A DNA stretch of 64,000 bases, from NCBI GenBank assembly GCA_965277805.1, contig OZ255842.1, positions 5,056,001-5,120,000 on the forward strand. Reading direction: 5' to 3'. Shown here piece by piece: positions 60,432 to 64,000 of the stretch (the stretch's first letter is position 1; each line of letters opens with the position of its first letter). Under the pieces are notes generated by a model. It saw only the letters and a list, made by a program, of their open reading frames with translations, did not search any database and was not told the DNA's origin. Made by a program: the position numbers and the translations under genes. This DNA is from Candidatus Lustribacter sp. (GTDB taxonomy: Bacteria; Vulcanimicrobiota; Vulcanimicrobiia; Vulcanimicrobiales; Vulcanimicrobiaceae).

Positions 60432-61361
60432 CTACGTCCGCGCCGCGGCGGCTTCGAGTGCGCGGTACGCGCGCGAGACGACGCGGCCGTTTAGTACGCC
60501 GTCGATGAAGCGCGAGGCGTCCCGCAGTTTCTCGATGTCGATGCCCGTTTCGATGCCCATGCCGTCGAGCAGATACAGCACGTCTTCGGTGGCGACGTTG
60601 CCGGTGGCGCCGGGCGCAAACGGACAACCGCCGAGGCCGCCGGCCGATGAATCGTACTCGTGCACGCCGAGCTGCAAGCCGGCCATGATGTTGGCCAGCG
60701 CCGTCCCGCGCGTGTCGTGGAAGTGCAAGCCGAACTGTTCGAGCGTGATGCCGGCGTCGAGCAAGCCGCTCACCACCTCGACGACTTGATTCGGCGTCGC
60801 AACGCCGATCGTGTCGGCAATGGAGAGCGTGTCTGCGCCGAGCTCGAGCAACTGCTGCGCGAGTCTTACGACGTTCGCAGCCGGCACCGCGCCTTCGAAG
60901 GGGCAGCCGAAGGCGGTCGACACTGAGGCTCGCACCGCCATGCCGTCGGCATGCGCACGCGCGATCACGACGCGGAAAACATTGAGAGAATCCTCGATCG
61001 ACATGCGAATGTTGCGCTGCGCGAAGGTGTCCGATGCGGCGGTAAAGACGGCGATCTCGCGCACGCCGGCGGCAAGCGCGCGGTCGAGCCCGCGTTGATT
61101 CGGGACGAGCGTGATGTAGCGAACGCCGTCGCGCTTGCGGATCGCGGGAAACACCTGGTCGGCGTCGGCCATTTGCGGCACGGCGGCCGGGCTCACGAAC
61201 GACGTGACTTCGATCGCGCGCACGCCGGCGTCGACGAGCATCTCGACGTATTGCACTTTGTCGGCTGCGGCAACGGTTTGCGATTCGTTCTGCAAGCCGT
61301 CGCGCGGACCGACTTCGCAGATGGTGACGCGTTTGGGGAAGGCGGCGTAGGGGTTGCTCAC
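60432..61361 (-). CDS. Hydroxymethylglutaryl-CoA lyase
   Basis: EVGPRDGLQNE, HFHDTRG, GLGGCPFAPGATGNVATED. Confidence 0.95.
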   Translation of the reverse strand: MSNPYAAFPKRVTICEVGPRDGLQNESQTVAAADKVQYVEMLVDAGVRAIEVTSFVSPAAVPQMADADQVFPAIRKRDGVRYITLVPNQRGLDRALAAGVREIAVFTAASDTFAQRNIRMSIEDSLNVFRVVIARAHADGMAVRASVSTAFGCPFEGAVPAANVVRLAQQLLELGADTLSIADTIGVATPNQVVEVVSGLLDAGITLEQFGLHFHDTRGTALANIMAGLQLGVHEYDSSAGGLGGCPFAPGATGNVATEDVLYLLDGMGIETGIDIEKLRDASRFIDGVLNGRVVSRAYRALEAAAART

Positions 61362-62122
61362 GTGACGGTTTCTCCACGAAGGAAGCGCGCGATGATCTCG
61401 ACTTCTCGATGCCAGATCACATCGTCGGCGCGAAAGCCGCGGCCGAGAAAGGCGACGATATCAAAGACCGCACCAAGGTTCAGATGGTTCGCCATCGAGT
61501 CCCGGATGATGACCTCGGGGAGCTGGTGTTCGAGGGTGGCCGAGTCGAGCAGGATTACGCCGTCGCTCTCTTCTTTGGCCAAGTGCCCGGCGATGGCGAG
61601 CGCCCGGTGACCATCGGGAACGGTCCACGGCCGGCGGCTGAGCTTCCAGCGTTTCTTCTTCGGGTTGTCGGTGGGGATCCAGGTGCCGCTCGTTTCGTTG
61701 AGCCAGGTGAGAAACGGCGACGCGACGTCGAGATCGTTGATCACGGCATGCGGAATCCACATCAGCTTCAAGAGATTTGCGATGTAGTTGCTGATGAGGC
61801 CGCAGTTCGGTGCGGCGATTTGCACGGTTGCGGCAATCTCGCCGGCGCGCTCGGGATACGCGCGCAGAAACCCGCGGTTGACGAGGCCGCCCGCGCTGTA
61901 GCCGACCGTGGCCACCGGAAACGCGTCGGGTTCGCGTAGCTTCAGGCCGTCGAGAAATTGCGCGAAGCGATCGATGCGCGGGCGCAGCGCGTCGCGGCCG
62001 CCGGGAAAGATCGTGCAGTCGAAACCATAGGCCGCGAGCCCGTCGATGCCGTGGCGTCCGTCGATGAACGTGCGCATGACGTCGGAGTTCTCATGCCAGC
62101 CCGGAACGAGAACGACTTTCAT
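61358..62122 (-). CDS. Alpha/beta hydrolase (lipase/esterase-like)
   Basis: VVLVPG, GYSAGG nucleophile elbow, SDGVI, NH. Confidence 0.8.
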   Translation of the reverse strand: MKVVLVPGWHENSDVMRTFIDGRHGIDGLAAYGFDCTIFPGGRDALRPRIDRFAQFLDGLKLREPDAFPVATVGYSAGGLVNRGFLRAYPERAGEIAATVQIAAPNCGLISNYIANLLKLMWIPHAVINDLDVASPFLTWLNETSGTWIPTDNPKKKRWKLSRRPWTVPDGHRALAIAGHLAKEESDGVILLDSATLEHQLPEVIIRDSMANHLNLGAVFDIVAFLGRGFRADDVIWHREVEIIARFLRGETVT

Positions 62123-63969
62123 GCGCCGCCGATCGTGACAAGCGGGACGCCCGCCGCAACCACGTCGCCGGTTGCGACGTGGAGGGCGCTGACGGTGCCG
62201 GCAACTGGTGCCTCAATGCGGTGTTCCATCTTCATTGCCTCCAAAACGACCAGCAGATCGTGCAGCGCGACGCTGCTGCCTGCCTGCACGGCCACGCTGA
62301 CGATCTTCCCCGGCATAGGCGCGCTGACATCACCGCTGCCGTGCATGGCGCCCGCTCCGCGCGCGGATGCGCTCGGCGGCGGGGCCGGGACGACGCTACC
62401 GTCCGGCGGGATCAAGGCGGCATCGAAGGGCACCTCGGCATTCACGTCGCCGGAGATACGCCAGCCGCCGGCCGTGCGATCCGCGGTGACGTTCACGCGT
62501 CTCCCATCGTGTACGAGCGCGAGCGGAATGCCGATGCCGCCCGGACGCCAGCCGTAACCGGAACGCAAGAGCGCGCCGATGCTTGCCGTCAGGGTCTGCG
62601 CGGCATGCTGCGCGATCGACGCGCTGAGCGCGGGCCCGCGTTCGGCGAGAAAGCTCGTCGTGGTGTCGCCGGCGGCGAACGCCGTATCCGCTGCGATCGC
62701 ACGCAACAGCGGCAGGTTCGTCGCGAGGCCCGCGACGCGCGTCTGCGCCAGCGTCGCGCCGAGTCGCGCGATCGCCCCGTCACGATCTTCGCTCCACACG
62801 ATGATCTTCGCCAAGAGTGAATCGTAGAACACCGGCACGTCGCTTCCCGCGCGCACGCCGGAGTCGAGCCGCACGCCGGGCGCGCGCGGAACGTCGAACG
62901 CCGTCAGCGTTCCGGCTTGCGGCGCGTAGTCGTGCGCCGAATCCTCGGCATTCAGCCGCACCTCGATCGCCCAGCCGCGCGCGCGGATATCGGCTTGGGT
63001 GAAATGCAGCGGCTCGCCGTTCGCGATGCGCAGCTGTTCGTGCACGAGATCGATGCCGTAGACGAGTTCGGTGACCGGGTGCTCGACTTGCAAACGCGCG
63101 TTCATCTCGAGAAATGCAAACGTGCCGTCGGCCGCGAGCAAGAATTCGACCGTACCGGCATTCGTGTAGCCGACGCTGCGCGCCGCGGCTACGGCCGCCG
63201 CGCCCATGCGCCCGCGCAGCTCCGCGTCGAGTGCGAGCGACGGCGCTTCCTCGACGACTTTCTGATGGCGGCGCTGGATCGAACAATCGCGCTCGCCGAG
63301 ATGCACGATCGTCCCGTGTGCATCGCCGAGAATCTGGAATTCGATATGCCGCGGACGCTGCAGATAACGCTCGAGCAGCACCGCATCGTCGCCGAAGGCC
63401 GCGCGCGATTCCCGCCGCGCCGATGCGAGCGCCTCATCGAACGTTGCGAGATCATCGACGACGCGCATGCCGCGTCCGCCGCCGCCGGCCACTGCCTTGA
63501 TCACGAGTGGCGTGCCGAGCGCCGCCGCTTCGCGCCGCAGCACGGCAGGGTCTTGGTCGGCGCCGTCATAGCCGTCGACGATCGGCACGCCGGCCGCGCG
63601 CACGCGCCGCTTCGCTTCGCTCTTCGAGCCCATCGCGGCGATCGCGGCGGGCGCCGGACCGACGAAGATCAAGCCGGCGTCGATCACCGCGTGCGCGAAC
63701 GTTGCATTCTCCGAGAGAAACCCGTAGCCGGGATGCACGGCGTCGGCGCCGAGTTCGCGCGCCGCGGCGATGATCGCCGCGCCGTCGAGATACGATTCGG
63801 CGGCCGGACCGGGTCCGATCCGCGTCGACGCATCGAGCGCTTCGCGAAACGCCGCATCGACGTCGGCGTCGGAGTAGACGCCGACGGGCGCGATGCCCAT
63901 CTCGCGCGCGCCGCGGGCGATGCGGATCGCGATCTCACCGCGGTTGGCGATGAGCAGGCGGCGGATCAC
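62119..63969 (-). CDS. Biotin carboxylase/BCCP subunit (methylcrotonyl-CoA carboxylase alpha-like)
   Basis: IANRGEIA, HPGYGFLSEN, RDCSIQRRHQK, EMNARLQVEH, EAMKM. Confidence 0.93.
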   Translation of the reverse strand: MIRRLLIANRGEIAIRIARGAREMGIAPVGVYSDADVDAAFREALDASTRIGPGPAAESYLDGAAIIAAARELGADAVHPGYGFLSENATFAHAVIDAGLIFVGPAPAAIAAMGSKSEAKRRVRAAGVPIVDGYDGADQDPAVLRREAAALGTPLVIKAVAGGGGRGMRVVDDLATFDEALASARRESRAAFGDDAVLLERYLQRPRHIEFQILGDAHGTIVHLGERDCSIQRRHQKVVEEAPSLALDAELRGRMGAAAVAAARSVGYTNAGTVEFLLAADGTFAFLEMNARLQVEHPVTELVYGIDLVHEQLRIANGEPLHFTQADIRARGWAIEVRLNAEDSAHDYAPQAGTLTAFDVPRAPGVRLDSGVRAGSDVPVFYDSLLAKIIVWSEDRDGAIARLGATLAQTRVAGLATNLPLLRAIAADTAFAAGDTTTSFLAERGPALSASIAQHAAQTLTASIGALLRSGYGWRPGGIGIPLALVHDGRRVNVTADRTAGGWRISGDVNAEVPFDAALIPPDGSVVPAPPPSASARGAGAMHGSGDVSAPMPGKIVSVAVQAGSSVALHDLLVVLEAMKMEHRIEAPVAGTVSALHVATGDVVAAGVPLVTIGGA

Positions 63970-64000
63970 GTATCGTGCCAGCTTGCCGAGCGGCGTTCGA
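63966..64000 (-). CDS. 3' end of an upstream gene, possibly an enoyl-CoA hydratase
   Basis: ...ERRSASWHDT* with a GTGA overlap; typical crotonase C-terminus and leucine-catabolism context. Confidence 0.4.
   Translation of the reverse strand, partial: ERRSASWHDT

Overview
High-GC bacterial chromosomal segment. The gene style suggests an Eremiobacterota/WPS-2-like soil lineage, but that is a guess. Left part (1-27.3 kb): a divergent glucosidase/glycogen-debranching pair, a TPP-riboswitch-controlled thiC, a short larC, and an aromatic/heterocycle-catabolism-like cluster (Rieske oxygenase, bicupin, LVIVD protein, two aldo/keto reductases, a TPP enzyme, several orphan solute-binding proteins). 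Centre: a visibly lower-GC accessory zone. Its core is a ~19.5 kb genomic island (30365-49905) integrated at tRNA-Ala(CGC). It is bounded by a 52-bp att direct repeat, carries paired (TGGTCGTCAAA)2 arm-type sites, and retains only a frameshifted integrase remnant. The island looks like a defence island: an AbiEi/AbiEii-like pair, a Kiwa-like pair, a TerY-PP2C-kinase triad with an extra PH-domain gene, and uncharacterised cargo. That cargo includes a DUF5677/HEPN-like three-gene unit with an intact and an apparently dead HEPN paralogue, a K-channel homologue with a TVGLAS filter, an exported HNH nuclease and a J-domain protein. Just outside the left att site is a trio of tiny Cys-rich zinc-finger proteins. 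Right part (50-64 kb): housekeeping and metabolic genes (metal ABC ATPase, purEK, leucine-catabolism-like HMG-CoA lyase and biotin carboxylase). All family calls come from motifs recognised by eye; no searches were run.
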